Source: Alistipes sp. (GTDB lineage: Bacteria > Bacteroidota > Bacteroidia > Bacteroidales > Rikenellaceae). From it: DNA of 64,000 bases. A program made the position numbers and the translations under genes. Shown piece by piece: positions 1 to 8,950 of this stretch. Every line of letters starts with the position of its first letter. The first letter of the stretch is position 1. Where the stretch lies: positions 14,592-78,591 of the forward strand of contig JAZQXV010000010.1 in NCBI GenBank assembly GCA_045633045.1. Direction: 5' to 3'. The notes beneath the pieces are model-generated. The model was not told the origin of the DNA. It was given only the letters and a program-made list of their open reading frames with translations, and did no database searches.

Positions 1-198
1 GTTATTTATTTCTGCAACTTCTGCATTCCTACCTTTAACTCGTTGTCTATCACGATCCCACTCAGAAGGGTGCACAGCTTTACCCGTGCTAAAGCTCGCT
101 CGTACACCATTCTGTGTTAAAAGTGCCTGAATAGGAGCTTCTCCACTGGTTCTGGCTTTACTCTCTCTAACGGCAAAAGAAATTGTTATTGTACTCAT
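1..198 (-). CDS. Tyrosine integrase, N-terminal Arm-DNA-binding domain (partial, runs off the window)
   Basis: Hand translation from ATG at 198: MSTITISFAVRESKARTSGEAPIQALLTQNGVRASFSTGKAVHPSEWDRDRQRVKGRNAEVAEINN. This matches the Bacteroidetes integrase arm-domain pattern (G.API...T.NG.R..FSTG..V....WD...QRVKG......IN). Not in the ORF track. Confidence 0.8.
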   Translation of the reverse strand, partial: MSTITISFAVRESKARTSGEAPIQALLTQNGVRASFSTGKAVHPSEWDRDRQRVKGRNAEVAEINN

Positions 199-282
199 AG
201 TATATAAGGTATTGGTTAATACTATATATACCAAGTAACTCACGAAAACACAGGAGAATAATTAGTGTCTCAAACTTATTTT

Positions 283-315
283 CGGGTGCAAAACGGGTGC
301 GTAATGGGTGCGTCA
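283..315. repeat. Three tandem 11-bp repeats, probable integrase arm-binding sites
   Basis: CGGGTGCAAAA / CGGGTGCGTAA / TGGGTGCGTCA, 85 bp upstream of the integrase start. Confidence 0.5.
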
Positions 316-460
316 ACATCCTAAAAAGGCTATTTAGGCTCATTCTGTTGCATTCAATCACATTCTATACACAAACCACTACCACAACAAAACATAGCTC
401 CAAACACCCCCTAAATACACTATAATCACATCCAATTTTCACCTTCACACAACCGCCAAC

Positions 461-492
461 AAAAAAGGGATAACTCACAAAAGTCATCCCTT
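461..492 (-). terminator. Intrinsic terminator of the GGGtGRT operon
   Basis: AAGGGAT(A)ACT..AGTCATCCCTT stem with an A-tract on + (U-tract on -), just past the stop. Confidence 0.6.
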
Positions 493-519
493 CCAATATA
501 TTATAAACCAATCAGTTGA

Positions 520-1518
520 TTAGTTCATAGCCTGCTGGATAGCTACTGCAATAGCCACAGTTGCACCTACCATTGGGTTGTTACCCATACCGAGGAAGCC
601 CATCATCTCAACGTGTGCTGGAACTGATGAAGAGCCTGCAAACTGTGCGTCAGAGTGCATACGACCCATAGTGTCGGTCATACCGTATGATGCGGGACCT
701 GCAGCCATGTTATCGGGGTGCAAAGTACGGCCAGTACCACCACCAGATGCTACTGAGAAGTACTTCTTGCCTGCGAGTGTACGCTCCTTCTTATATGTAC
801 CTGCTACGGGGTGCTGGAAGCGTGTGGGGTTTGTAGAGTTACCTGTGATAGATACTTCTACGTCCTCCTTCCACATGATTGCTACGCCCTCGCGAACATC
901 GTCTGCGCCATAGCAGCGAACCTTTGAGCGGAGACCGTCAGAGTATGAGATAGTCTCAACCTCGTGAACCTCACCTGTGTAGTAGTCGAACTCTGTGCGA
1001 ACGTATGTAAAGCCGTTGATACGAGAGATGATCTTAGCAGCGTCCTTACCCAAGCCGTTAAGGATTACGCGCAAGGGGTTCTTACGCACGCGGTTAGCCA
1101 TCTCAGCGATCTTGATTGCGCCCTCAGCAGCTGCGAACGACTCGTGACCTGCGAGGAATGCGAAGCACTGTGTCTCCTCGCGGAGAAGACGCGCTGCAAG
1201 GTTACCGTGGCCGATACCTACCTTACGATCCTCGGCTACTGAGCCGTTGATACAGAATGCCTGAAGACCCTCACCGATAGCCTCGGCAGCGTCAGCAGCG
1301 TTTGTGCAACCCTTCTTGATAGCGATAGCGGCGCCTACAACGTAAGCCCACTTAGCGTTCTCGAAGCAGATGGGCTGAGTCTCCTCGCACATCTTATATG
1401 GGTCGATACCCTTCTCGTCGCAGATAGCCTTAGCCTCCTCTACAGACTTAATACCATATTGTGCAAGCACAGCGTTGATCTTATCGATTCTGCGCTCGTA
1501 GCTCTCAAATAATGCCAT
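520..1518 (-). CDS. GGGtGRT protein (conserved, function unknown)
   Basis: Contains SVASGGGTGRTLHPDNMAAGPASYG; MALFESYERR N-terminus typical of the family. Confidence 0.9.
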   Translation of the reverse strand: MALFESYERRIDKINAVLAQYGIKSVEEAKAICDEKGIDPYKMCEETQPICFENAKWAYVVGAAIAIKKGCTNAADAAEAIGEGLQAFCINGSVAEDRKVGIGHGNLAARLLREETQCFAFLAGHESFAAAEGAIKIAEMANRVRKNPLRVILNGLGKDAAKIISRINGFTYVRTEFDYYTGEVHEVETISYSDGLRSKVRCYGADDVREGVAIMWKEDVEVSITGNSTNPTRFQHPVAGTYKKERTLAGKKYFSVASGGGTGRTLHPDNMAAGPASYGMTDTMGRMHSDAQFAGSSSVPAHVEMMGFLGMGNNPMVGATVAIAVAIQQAMN

Positions 1519-1564
1519 AAATTTAATACGATTTAATGGTTAATAACTCTATGAACGCTCTCGA

Positions 1565-2257
1565 TTACTCGTGACGAGGATCGATGTACTTAACAGCATC
1601 CTTGAAGCGGCCGTATGAGCCCTTTGCCTTCTCCAATGCCTCTGCGGGCTCGATACCCTTCTTGATGAAGTCCATCATCTTGCCGAGGTGTACGAACTCG
1701 TAGCCGATAACCTCATCGTTAGCGTCGAGTGCCATGCGTGTGCAGTAACCCTCAGCCATCTCGAGGTAGCGAGTACCCTTAGCGTTAGTACCGAACATAG
1801 TACCTACCTGTGAGCGGAGACCCTTACCGAGGTCCTCCAAAGATGCACCGATTACGAGGCCACCCTCAGAGAAAGCTGACTGTGTACGACCGTAAACAAT
1901 CTGCTTGAAGAGCTCGCGCATAGCGGTGTTGATAGCGTCACAAACGAGGTCGGTGTTCAACGCCTCGAGGATAGTCTTACCAGGAAGAATCTCCGATGCC
2001 ATAGCAGCAGAGTGAGTCATACCTGAGCAGCCGATAGTCTCGACCAATGCCTCCTCGATGATACCGTCCTTAACGTTGAGTGTGAGCTTACATGCACCCT
2101 GCTGAGGCGCACACCAGCCGATACCGTGGGTAAGACCAGAGATATCCTTAATCTCCTTTGCGCGTACCCATTTTCCCTCCTCGGGGATAGGTGCAGACTC
2201 GTGGTTAGCACCCTTCTTCACGCAGCACATCTGCTGAACTTCGTGTGAGTAAATCAT
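1565..2257 (-). CDS. NifU/IscU-like Fe-S scaffold-fold protein, partner of GGGtGRT
   Basis: GWCAPQQGACKLTLNVKDGIIEEALVETIGCSGMTHSAAMA and LVC Cys motifs; usual neighbour of GGGtGRT. Confidence 0.85.
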   Translation of the reverse strand: MIYSHEVQQMCCVKKGANHESAPIPEEGKWVRAKEIKDISGLTHGIGWCAPQQGACKLTLNVKDGIIEEALVETIGCSGMTHSAAMASEILPGKTILEALNTDLVCDAINTAMRELFKQIVYGRTQSAFSEGGLVIGASLEDLGKGLRSQVGTMFGTNAKGTRYLEMAEGYCTRMALDANDEVIGYEFVHLGKMMDFIKKGIEPAEALEKAKGSYGRFKDAVKYIDPRHE

Positions 2258-2320
2258 AGTCTTATTACTTTTTAGTTATTGTGTTTTATGTGTTTGCCAT
2301 TTTCTTAGCACAAATCGTGA

Positions 2321-2350
2321 CAAAGGTACGAAAACAAATCGGATAAAGCA
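2321..2350 (-). promoter_or_regulatory. Bacteroidetes housekeeping promoter for the nifU-like/GGGtGRT operon
   Basis: TACCTTTG -7 box (complement 2321-2328) with TTG about 20 nt upstream. Confidence 0.6.
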
Positions 2351-2416
2351 ATTAAGAGTTAATAATTTTTTTTATTAATTAAGCCCCTTTTGTCGCAACA
2401 ACAACTACCATTCACC

Positions 2417-2512
2417 CGTCATCCCGAGGAGCGGAGCGACGTGGGGATCTACCTCTGTGAAGAGGCAGCGAACAATGGAAGATTGCCACGGCCTAACGGC
2501 CTCGCAATGACG
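2417..2512 (+). repeat. REP-like palindromic element type A, copy 1
   Basis: CGTCATCCCGAGGAGCGGAGCGACGTGGGGATCTACCT...AAGATTGCCACGG..GCCTCGCAATGACG; near-identical inverted copies at 8741-8894 and 19692-19785. Confidence 0.8.
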
Positions 2513-2522
2513 GGGAAGAAAC

Positions 2523-2553
2523 AAAAAAAGAGTCGGCCCGTGGGCCGACTCTT
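2523..2553 (-). terminator. Terminator of the pilus operon
   Basis: Perfect stem AAGAGTCGGCCC/GGGCCGACTCTT followed by a U-tract on the minus strand. Confidence 0.8.
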
Positions 2554-2635
2554 GTGCTTAAGTGTTATAGTGCAAAGTTATTAATCCGCCTTGCGCACAC
2601 TACGAACTATTGCTTAAATGTTCGTGCGAAGTGCA

Positions 2636-5392
2636 CTACTGCTGATTCTGTGTAACAACCTTTCGCACACAACGCACACGGTTAGACTCTGTACGCTCAT
2701 GATATCCATGTTCACCATCTTCTGTCTTCTGAATTAAGTCATCCAAGTGACCTAATTCGACATGATATCTTGTATTAGTGTTACGGCCATCTATATACTC
2801 GTTATAATGCTGATCACCAGGCGCATCGTCATTTGGGAATATCTTCTCTTCTGTTCTCCATTCTGCACCCCAGCCCAAAATGCCTCCGTAATAATATCTA
2901 TACCATCCATACATCACATTGAAATAAGTATTTTTATAAATTGGGCTATTACAATCGAAAGTAGCATTTTCAGAAGTTAAATTTAGACCACTTAGCACAT
3001 AATCATACTTACTATTATTATAAACAACCTTTGTAGCTCTCGCATGTGTCTTATTATCCTCGTACGTTACGAATACGTATGTATCTTCACGATTTGAGTC
3101 ATTTTTAAGGCCAGTATAATATTCATAATAGAACGCATTTCGAATGTATGCAGGCTGTGAGGTCCAATAGTAGTTATCCTGGAACTCCTCGAAGGTGCTA
3201 TAGGCAGGGACAATAAAGTCCTCCAACTCATCGGCAGAAGGCAAATACCACTCAACATTTACAACATTACCATTAGCATCCCTCTTATTTCGATTATAAC
3301 AATACTCCACAGCACTATTTGCAGTTTGCGCCAACGTAAGTTTTGTTAAACCTGCATTGGGGTTTTCTGCAATCTCTTTTGTGAACTCCTGTCCTGCATA
3401 ATTATGAAGCGTACCACCATCCTTTGTATATTCGTCACTGCTGTCATTATCATCATCGTGCTTGCCGATATAGAAATCGTACTTAATTGGGTTATTTGTT
3501 ATATAAGTCGTCCAGTCACTGTTTGTCTCATTACAAATGAATGAGTCGTGAATATGTGACAACTGCACAGTATTCAATCCCCAAGGCATACCCTCTTGCT
3601 TGGTTTGGCCATAATAGTCCTCGGCATCGTAGTTGTAGAGATACTCCTCATACTGCTCGATATAGTAGGTGCGTTTGCCATCAGTAGAGGTTACTTCAAA
3701 CAAGCCATGCTGCACAATCTCGAAGTCCTTAGTATCGGCGCCATATGTAACTTGGACGATAGCAGCACGCGATGTAGTTGTAGTATTCTCATCGACATAG
3801 ATCCACACAGTCTGGTTAGCGTCTGTTAGATTATTGACTGTAACACTCTTACCTTTTTCAGCAAGTGTAGTAGTCACAAGGTCGGTGGTGAAATACATAC
3901 GCTTACCCGCAGAGACACCAGAGGTGATGTAGGTCTTGTTGTCAGTTCCGCTTGCCTCCAAGCGAATCCAAGGGTCACCACTATCTGTTAAATCTCCACT
4001 GATAATCTGTACGGTGGCAGATGTGCCAGTTGGTATATCCTCACCCACAAGGCGCAAGCGCAAAGGACGCACCTCGAAGTGGGCATCGAGCAAAGACTCA
4101 CGACGCAAGTTAATAACCAAAGGCGTAGAGCGCTTTACATTGACACGCCAGTCGATGGAGATAACATCCTCATTAACCGACTGGTCATACGAAGCAGAGA
4201 TACCACGGATAGTGACGCTATTGTCGTAGTGGGTGTTGCGGATAATATTGAAATCATCATAGTTATTACCACCCAAATAGATGTTGTAGCTAACATCATA
4301 GGTATTCTCCTGGTGGTCGGTGTACTTACCAGTGATGGTCACATAGGTAGCATTCTGACCCTCCACCAACTTATTCTTATAGCGCTGATGATACCTCTCA
4401 TCCTCGTCGCGATAGCCATTTTCGTTGGCATCGACACTCTTGTCGTATGTGCCCTTCTTTAGTTCAGTTGGTAATACTTTATCAATGTCTGTTATTGAGG
4501 GCTTGAGGTAGCGCTCGGGAAGGTAGAAATCGAAAGTAGCCGTGGTGGCACCCTGCGCATAGCTGCCCATAGTTACTGCGCCCGATGATGCTATAACGTC
4601 GGAGTCACTGTTAGTTGCTGAGTTTGAGTCAACCTCTTCTGCAATATTCTTTACCTCATAGCTAACCAGGTCGAAGCGAGGAGCCTTGTTACCCACGATC
4701 TCCTGGTCGGGCTTCACGCTAATAGTGAAGCTAAACTTGGCATACATAGACTTGAGGGGTATCTCGAGGTTGTCGGTAGGATCGCCATCAACCAATGGGA
4801 GACCATCTACGTTGGCATCAGTCTGCGCGGGCTTAAGGATGAGAGTCTTACCGTCGCTATCGATGCCCTCAATATCAAGTGTATTACCCAACGAACCCAT
4901 CATAGGGAAGCCGTTTGCAGGGACATCCTTAACGGTCGTAGAGGCTGCTGCGGCACAATTAGTGAAAGTTTCTAAAGACTTGCCAACGCCGTCCTCCGAT
5001 GTGGTAGGGAAGCCCTCAGCATCCTGCATATTCGCAAAGATAAACATAGCGAACTCCTTGTCCACATAGTTGTTGAATATATTGTCGTGACGATCAACGA
5101 TAAAGACAATACTACCACCGAGCTTGAAGTCGTAGTACAAGCAGTTGCCAAAAGTGCCGTCATCATTTATTGGGAAGAGAGCCAAGCCCATAGAGGTTAC
5201 CTTAGGCTCGTCACCCTCCTTCTTTGAGCGGGTTGCTACGTCGCAATCGGAGTACTGAGTTATGCGACCAACAATCTGCAAATCGCCATGTGAGCCAGAT
5301 GGGATGATAGGCATATCATCGACCGCTGAGTTAACGCAAGCAGCAGCTACAACAAGCGCAACAGATGCTACTAAAAATTTTATATATCTCAT
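2636..5392 (-). CDS. Type V pilus tip-like lipoprotein (DUF4906-like pilin, BACON-like domain, C-terminal C-type-lectin/DUF1566-like domain)
   Basis: Lipobox AAAC and ATRS motif; FYLPE...ATYV.ITG.Y...VSY.IYLG.NN..DFNI.RN pilin domain; C-terminal WYLPS..EL...YYWTS...RVRCVRK. Confidence 0.75.
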   Translation of the reverse strand: MRYIKFLVASVALVVAAACVNSAVDDMPIIPSGSHGDLQIVGRITQYSDCDVATRSKKEGDEPKVTSMGLALFPINDDGTFGNCLYYDFKLGGSIVFIVDRHDNIFNNYVDKEFAMFIFANMQDAEGFPTTSEDGVGKSLETFTNCAAAASTTVKDVPANGFPMMGSLGNTLDIEGIDSDGKTLILKPAQTDANVDGLPLVDGDPTDNLEIPLKSMYAKFSFTISVKPDQEIVGNKAPRFDLVSYEVKNIAEEVDSNSATNSDSDVIASSGAVTMGSYAQGATTATFDFYLPERYLKPSITDIDKVLPTELKKGTYDKSVDANENGYRDEDERYHQRYKNKLVEGQNATYVTITGKYTDHQENTYDVSYNIYLGGNNYDDFNIIRNTHYDNSVTIRGISASYDQSVNEDVISIDWRVNVKRSTPLVINLRRESLLDAHFEVRPLRLRLVGEDIPTGTSATVQIISGDLTDSGDPWIRLEASGTDNKTYITSGVSAGKRMYFTTDLVTTTLAEKGKSVTVNNLTDANQTVWIYVDENTTTTSRAAIVQVTYGADTKDFEIVQHGLFEVTSTDGKRTYYIEQYEEYLYNYDAEDYYGQTKQEGMPWGLNTVQLSHIHDSFICNETNSDWTTYITNNPIKYDFYIGKHDDDNDSSDEYTKDGGTLHNYAGQEFTKEIAENPNAGLTKLTLAQTANSAVEYCYNRNKRDANGNVVNVEWYLPSADELEDFIVPAYSTFEEFQDNYYWTSQPAYIRNAFYYEYYTGLKNDSNREDTYVFVTYEDNKTHARATKVVYNNSKYDYVLSGLNLTSENATFDCNSPIYKNTYFNVMYGWYRYYYGGILGWGAEWRTEEKIFPNDDAPGDQHYNEYIDGRNTNTRYHVELGHLDDLIQKTEDGEHGYHERTESNRVRCVRKVVTQNQQ

Positions 5393-5403
5393 AACTTAAT
5401 TTT

Positions 5404-6504
5404 TTACTCAAATTCGTAATCAACCTTAATGTCATCCCACTCGTCTGAGGTGATAATGCTAATAGATACACCAGCAGAGGTAAAGGTCATCTGCAAATAG
5501 TAACGGCTACCCTCCTTCAAAGGCTGATTGAAAGGAGTCTCGATAGTCTGAGTGAAAACGTCGTTTCCTTCGTCGTCGGTTAAGTAACCACCTCCATCTG
5601 GGCGGCGCTTCTTATACGACACCGTTGTTGTTACCTTAAGGTCTGTTTTCTCCTGAGGAATGAAGATCATCGAATTATTATTATTGTTTGAGGTGATAGG
5701 TCGAAGCGTAGCATCTTCGTTATAGTTGATATAGATACCAGAGTCACTCTCTTCCGTTATTATCTCGTAGTAAGGTTTAGTGCTTGCATCTGCTGGCGTA
5801 TACTCTGAAGGAATACGTCTATCCAAATATATTTTAGCTTTCTTATACTGCACATTCTCGAACTGTAGAGCAAGGTCAACAATATCAATAGTAATCTTCT
5901 CTGTGATAACCGTATTCTCAGCGTCTGGGGCTTTATAGCTATGCTCATAGAAGTTCATAGCCACGACATCCACAGCCGAAAGACGGTGGTAGAAGTCGAA
6001 ATAGACGTATGGGCTACTGCTAAGGCTGGTGTCCTCAAACATAGCCGTCATAATATCGATCTGCGAGCCTACATCGTTAAAGTCAGGTTCGTATAATAGG
6101 TAGGGTGTGCCCTCCGCGTTATCACTTGACGTTACGTTTTGTGGGTAGAACGCAAAAAATGTATATTTTCCACCTTGCCACTCCTTAATTGGAGAGTATT
6201 GGTAGCTACCGGTAGACCTATTAAATGTTACATTTTGTGGAACATTGTCAAATACATTAGGTTTAGCGGTAACACGATAGGTACTCCACTTATTGTTAAA
6301 ATCGTAGGTATATCCCAAAACAGAGAAATTACGACGAAGTGTTGTACCGGTTATCAACGAAGCACGTGTGTTAACTGCGGCATCGAAATAGATATATGGC
6401 TTGGTGGGCACAACAATCTGCTCGTCACCAGAATCTATAGTGTTATCGTTGCAACCGCAGAAAAGCGCTGCAAACAGGATAAATATGTAGCTAAATCGTC
6501 TCAT
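5404..6504 (-). CDS. Fimbrillin (Mfa-like) family lipoprotein
   Basis: Lipobox FCGC, NTRAS, YSPIKEW..GKYTFFAFYP, F.F.HRLS, C-terminal SDEWDD. Confidence 0.8.
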   Translation of the reverse strand: MRRFSYIFILFAALFCGCNDNTIDSGDEQIVVPTKPYIYFDAAVNTRASLITGTTLRRNFSVLGYTYDFNNKWSTYRVTAKPNVFDNVPQNVTFNRSTGSYQYSPIKEWQGGKYTFFAFYPQNVTSSDNAEGTPYLLYEPDFNDVGSQIDIMTAMFEDTSLSSSPYVYFDFYHRLSAVDVVAMNFYEHSYKAPDAENTVITEKITIDIVDLALQFENVQYKKAKIYLDRRIPSEYTPADASTKPYYEIITEESDSGIYINYNEDATLRPITSNNNNNSMIFIPQEKTDLKVTTTVSYKKRRPDGGGYLTDDEGNDVFTQTIETPFNQPLKEGSRYYLQMTFTSAGVSISIITSDEWDDIKVDYEFE

Positions 6505-6515
6505 TTTACTAACTA

Positions 6516-7499
6516 TTATTTAATGATGACCGTTCCACCGACCTGAGGAGTACCCCAAGGGTCAACCTTTGTCTGAATATAATATACTGTAATATCCGTA
6601 ACTGATGAGAGTACAACATTATAAGTATAGCGCTGACCAGCCTTCCATGTTATGCTTGGCAAAACTGTCTCCAACTCGGCCTCCTCCCAGTCTGCAGCAT
6701 TCTGTCGCTTAAGCTCATAGACAATCTTGAGCGACACGCTATTATCTGCGTCGAGTGTCTGTGGCAAGAGCATCATGGTTTCAAAGGGGTCTGCAGCAAT
6801 ACCACCAGTTGTCAAAGAGCCGTTTTCCATAGTGGCAGCACCAATATTATCCGTATCTGATAGATTGGAATTAGTATATTCCTTAGTCAACTTATCGGTA
6901 GTATATGTCCATGCGCCTGTAGCAGTTGAATATGCACCACTTTTGCGGATATTGCCGAGCGTAACCTTTTTGATTCTCATCTGGTCGTTAGTGTGCTTTG
7001 CCTGATCACGCCAAATATTCAAGCATACACTTGTGAGCATATGCTTGAACTGAAGGTCCACAGTGGTAGAAAAGCCTTCGACACTCGTATCTGTCGTATT
7101 CGTAGCCATAAGGTAATCGGTCTCTGACGGAGTATTGATAACAGACAACTCTATTGCCTTATTCTCCTCATTATAGCTATATGCACCGCAAGGGTAGACT
7201 GCGATAAATGAGAACACAGTGTTATCCAACCAGTACTGCAATGGAGAATAGACCCAGCTACCATTCTCATACTTAACAAGCTGATTCTCCATAAGAAGAT
7301 AGTTCTGCTGCGCAGAGTTGCTGATATATGCCCACACACCGAAGCCATCAGTCTTCAATGTGCTAAGGTCGGCATCCGCACGTGTATCGACAGTGCCGAA
7401 CCCAATAGCCTCGAGGTCTGTAGGTGCAGATGGCGTAGGCTCATTGTTGCATCCGAGCAGCGCCAATGCGGCAAACATTGATAAAATTGTCTTTTTCAC
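6516..7499 (-). CDS. Fimbrillin family lipoprotein (GTG start)
   Basis: LLGC lipobox, DTRA, W.YSPLQYW, F.AVYP, L.FKHML, WKAGQRYTYN, VDPW. Confidence 0.85.
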   Translation of the reverse strand: MKKTILSMFAALALLGCNNEPTPSAPTDLEAIGFGTVDTRADADLSTLKTDGFGVWAYISNSAQQNYLLMENQLVKYENGSWVYSPLQYWLDNTVFSFIAVYPCGAYSYNEENKAIELSVINTPSETDYLMATNTTDTSVEGFSTTVDLQFKHMLTSVCLNIWRDQAKHTNDQMRIKKVTLGNIRKSGAYSTATGAWTYTTDKLTKEYTNSNLSDTDNIGAATMENGSLTTGGIAADPFETMMLLPQTLDADNSVSLKIVYELKRQNAADWEEAELETVLPSITWKAGQRYTYNVVLSSVTDITVYYIQTKVDPWGTPQVGGTVIIK

Positions 7500-7519
7500 A
7501 ATAGTAAGTTTTTATTATT

Positions 7520-7558
7520 CTTAGGGGGTATAGGGCCGATCAAAGACCTATACCCAAA
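7520..7558 (-). promoter_or_regulatory. Intra-operon stem-loop, variant of the 37-bp pilin hairpin
   Basis: GGGTATAGG...CCTATACCC stem with TTAG and AAAT flanks like the 8907/12904/16368 copies; no U-tract. Confidence 0.55.
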
Positions 7559-7592
7559 TGGCTATACACTTATAACAAAAGTGTAAGAGTAA

Positions 7593-8567
7593 TTACTGCA
7601 ATACAACCTCGTTGCTTGGCGTTGTCCAAGTAGGCTGCTTCTCAACAGTGAACTGGATAGAACTACCCAAGCTAACATTTACAACAAAGTTGTATGCCTT
7701 ATTTGCCTCGAGAGACTGAGTAGAACCTTCGTACTCCATTGTAGTTACCTTATTCGTATCAGTAACCTCCTTGTAATATACATCTACAGCGAAGTCAACT
7801 GCATAAGAACCAGGAATGAACAAAACCTCAGTACCCAACTCAGCACTTGCTACATCAGTCTTTACTGTAAGATCAGAAAGTTCTTTGTCACCTTTATCTT
7901 TGTCAGCAACAGTCCAAGAACCAGCTACCAACTGACCATCTACCAACTGACCATCCTCTGTTGGATATGCAATTGTATAAGTACCCTTCTTAGCACCAGT
8001 GAAAGTGATGTCACGAGCAACGAAGATGTAATCCTTAGCAGCGGTTGAATTGTTTTTTACAGTGAAGTTAACCTTTGAAAGAAGGTGTGTGAAGTTGAAT
8101 GCAACAATATCGCTACCAGTGTATGCCTTACGAACGATTGTCTGGCAAAGAAGGTCTGTTGCGCCATCTGCAGTGTACTCGATAGATGTAGGCAAGCCAT
8201 TCTCAACTGTTGTCTTAGAAACATTAGTCTTATCACCGTCTACAATACCAGTAAACACATAATCTGCACCTGAAATCCAATACTGCTGATTGCCTGTACA
8301 ATTCCACTCATCACCATAGCCTTCACCCTTTACGTTTGATGGACGAGAAACAGTCGCACCATTGTAGATGTTTACACCATTCACAGTACCCCAAACCTTG
8401 AATGACTCAATGTCGTTTGCGCTGTACGAAGGGTCTGTAGCACGGGTTGAGTTCTCGACGAAGCTGTTGAAGCCGATGAGATCGCCCTTGTCGGCAACGA
8501 TTACATCCTCCTGGCTGCATGATGCCAACGCAGCAACTGCAAGCATAGAAATAAATAATTTCTTCAT
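7593..8567 (-). CDS. Short fimbrillin (candidate shaft pilin)
   Basis: LASC lipobox, F.SFVENSTRA, QYWI.GA.Y.F, FNFTHLLSKVNF, C-terminal IQFTVEKQPTW. Confidence 0.85.
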   Translation of the reverse strand: MKKLFISMLAVAALASCSQEDVIVADKGDLIGFNSFVENSTRATDPSYSANDIESFKVWGTVNGVNIYNGATVSRPSNVKGEGYGDEWNCTGNQQYWISGADYVFTGIVDGDKTNVSKTTVENGLPTSIEYTADGATDLLCQTIVRKAYTGSDIVAFNFTHLLSKVNFTVKNNSTAAKDYIFVARDITFTGAKKGTYTIAYPTEDGQLVDGQLVAGSWTVADKDKGDKELSDLTVKTDVASAELGTEVLFIPGSYAVDFAVDVYYKEVTDTNKVTTMEYEGSTQSLEANKAYNFVVNVSLGSSIQFTVEKQPTWTTPSNEVVLQ

Positions 8568-8627
8568 AGTCTTTTGTGTTTTTTAGTTATTTGTTTTTGT
8601 CTTTGTTTTTCTTGTTTTCCTCTTCGC

Positions 8628-8719
8628 TGTCATCCTGAGTGTAACGAAGGATCTCAAGGCTTGTACGACATTCATCGGTCGTGCTAACTGGGAGATTCTT
8701 CACTTCGTTCAGAATGACA
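8628..8719. repeat. REP-like palindromic element type B, copy 1
   Basis: TGTCATCCTGAGTGTAACGAAGGATCTC...GAGATTCTTCACTTCGTTCAGAATGACA; near-identical copy at 12647-12739. Confidence 0.8.
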
Positions 8720-8740
8720 CTCTTTTTTGTCTCTCTATCT

Positions 8741-8894
8741 CGTCATTGCGAGGCGTGAGCCGTGGCAACGCTGCGATTAAGCCGAGAGCATAATCAAACT
8801 TGTTTGAATTATGCCGAGGCGTAGCAGGGTCGACCGAAGGTCAATCTCATTCACAGAGGTAGATCCCCACGTCGCTCTGCTCCTCGGGATGACG
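8741..8894 (-). repeat. REP-like element type A, copy 2, with a nested palindromic insert
   Basis: Type A ends, with extra internal sequence containing GCATAATCAAACTTGTTTGAATTATGC. Confidence 0.75.
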
Positions 8895-8906
8895 CTTTGT
8901 CTTAGC

Positions 8907-8943
8907 GAGTGTAGGGAAACCCAATCCCCTACACCCAAAATAT
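8907..8943 (-). repeat. 37-bp identical hairpin after a long pilin gene, copy 1
   Basis: GAGTGTAGGGAAACCCAATCCCCTACACCCAAAATAT, identical at 12904 and 16368. Confidence 0.9.
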
Positions 8944-8950
8944 TGGTAGA

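Noticed and set aside
2555-2635. TAACTTTG box just before the operon terminator as a small-RNA promoter
   Set aside because: No -33 element and the product would be only about 45 nt; too weak to support.
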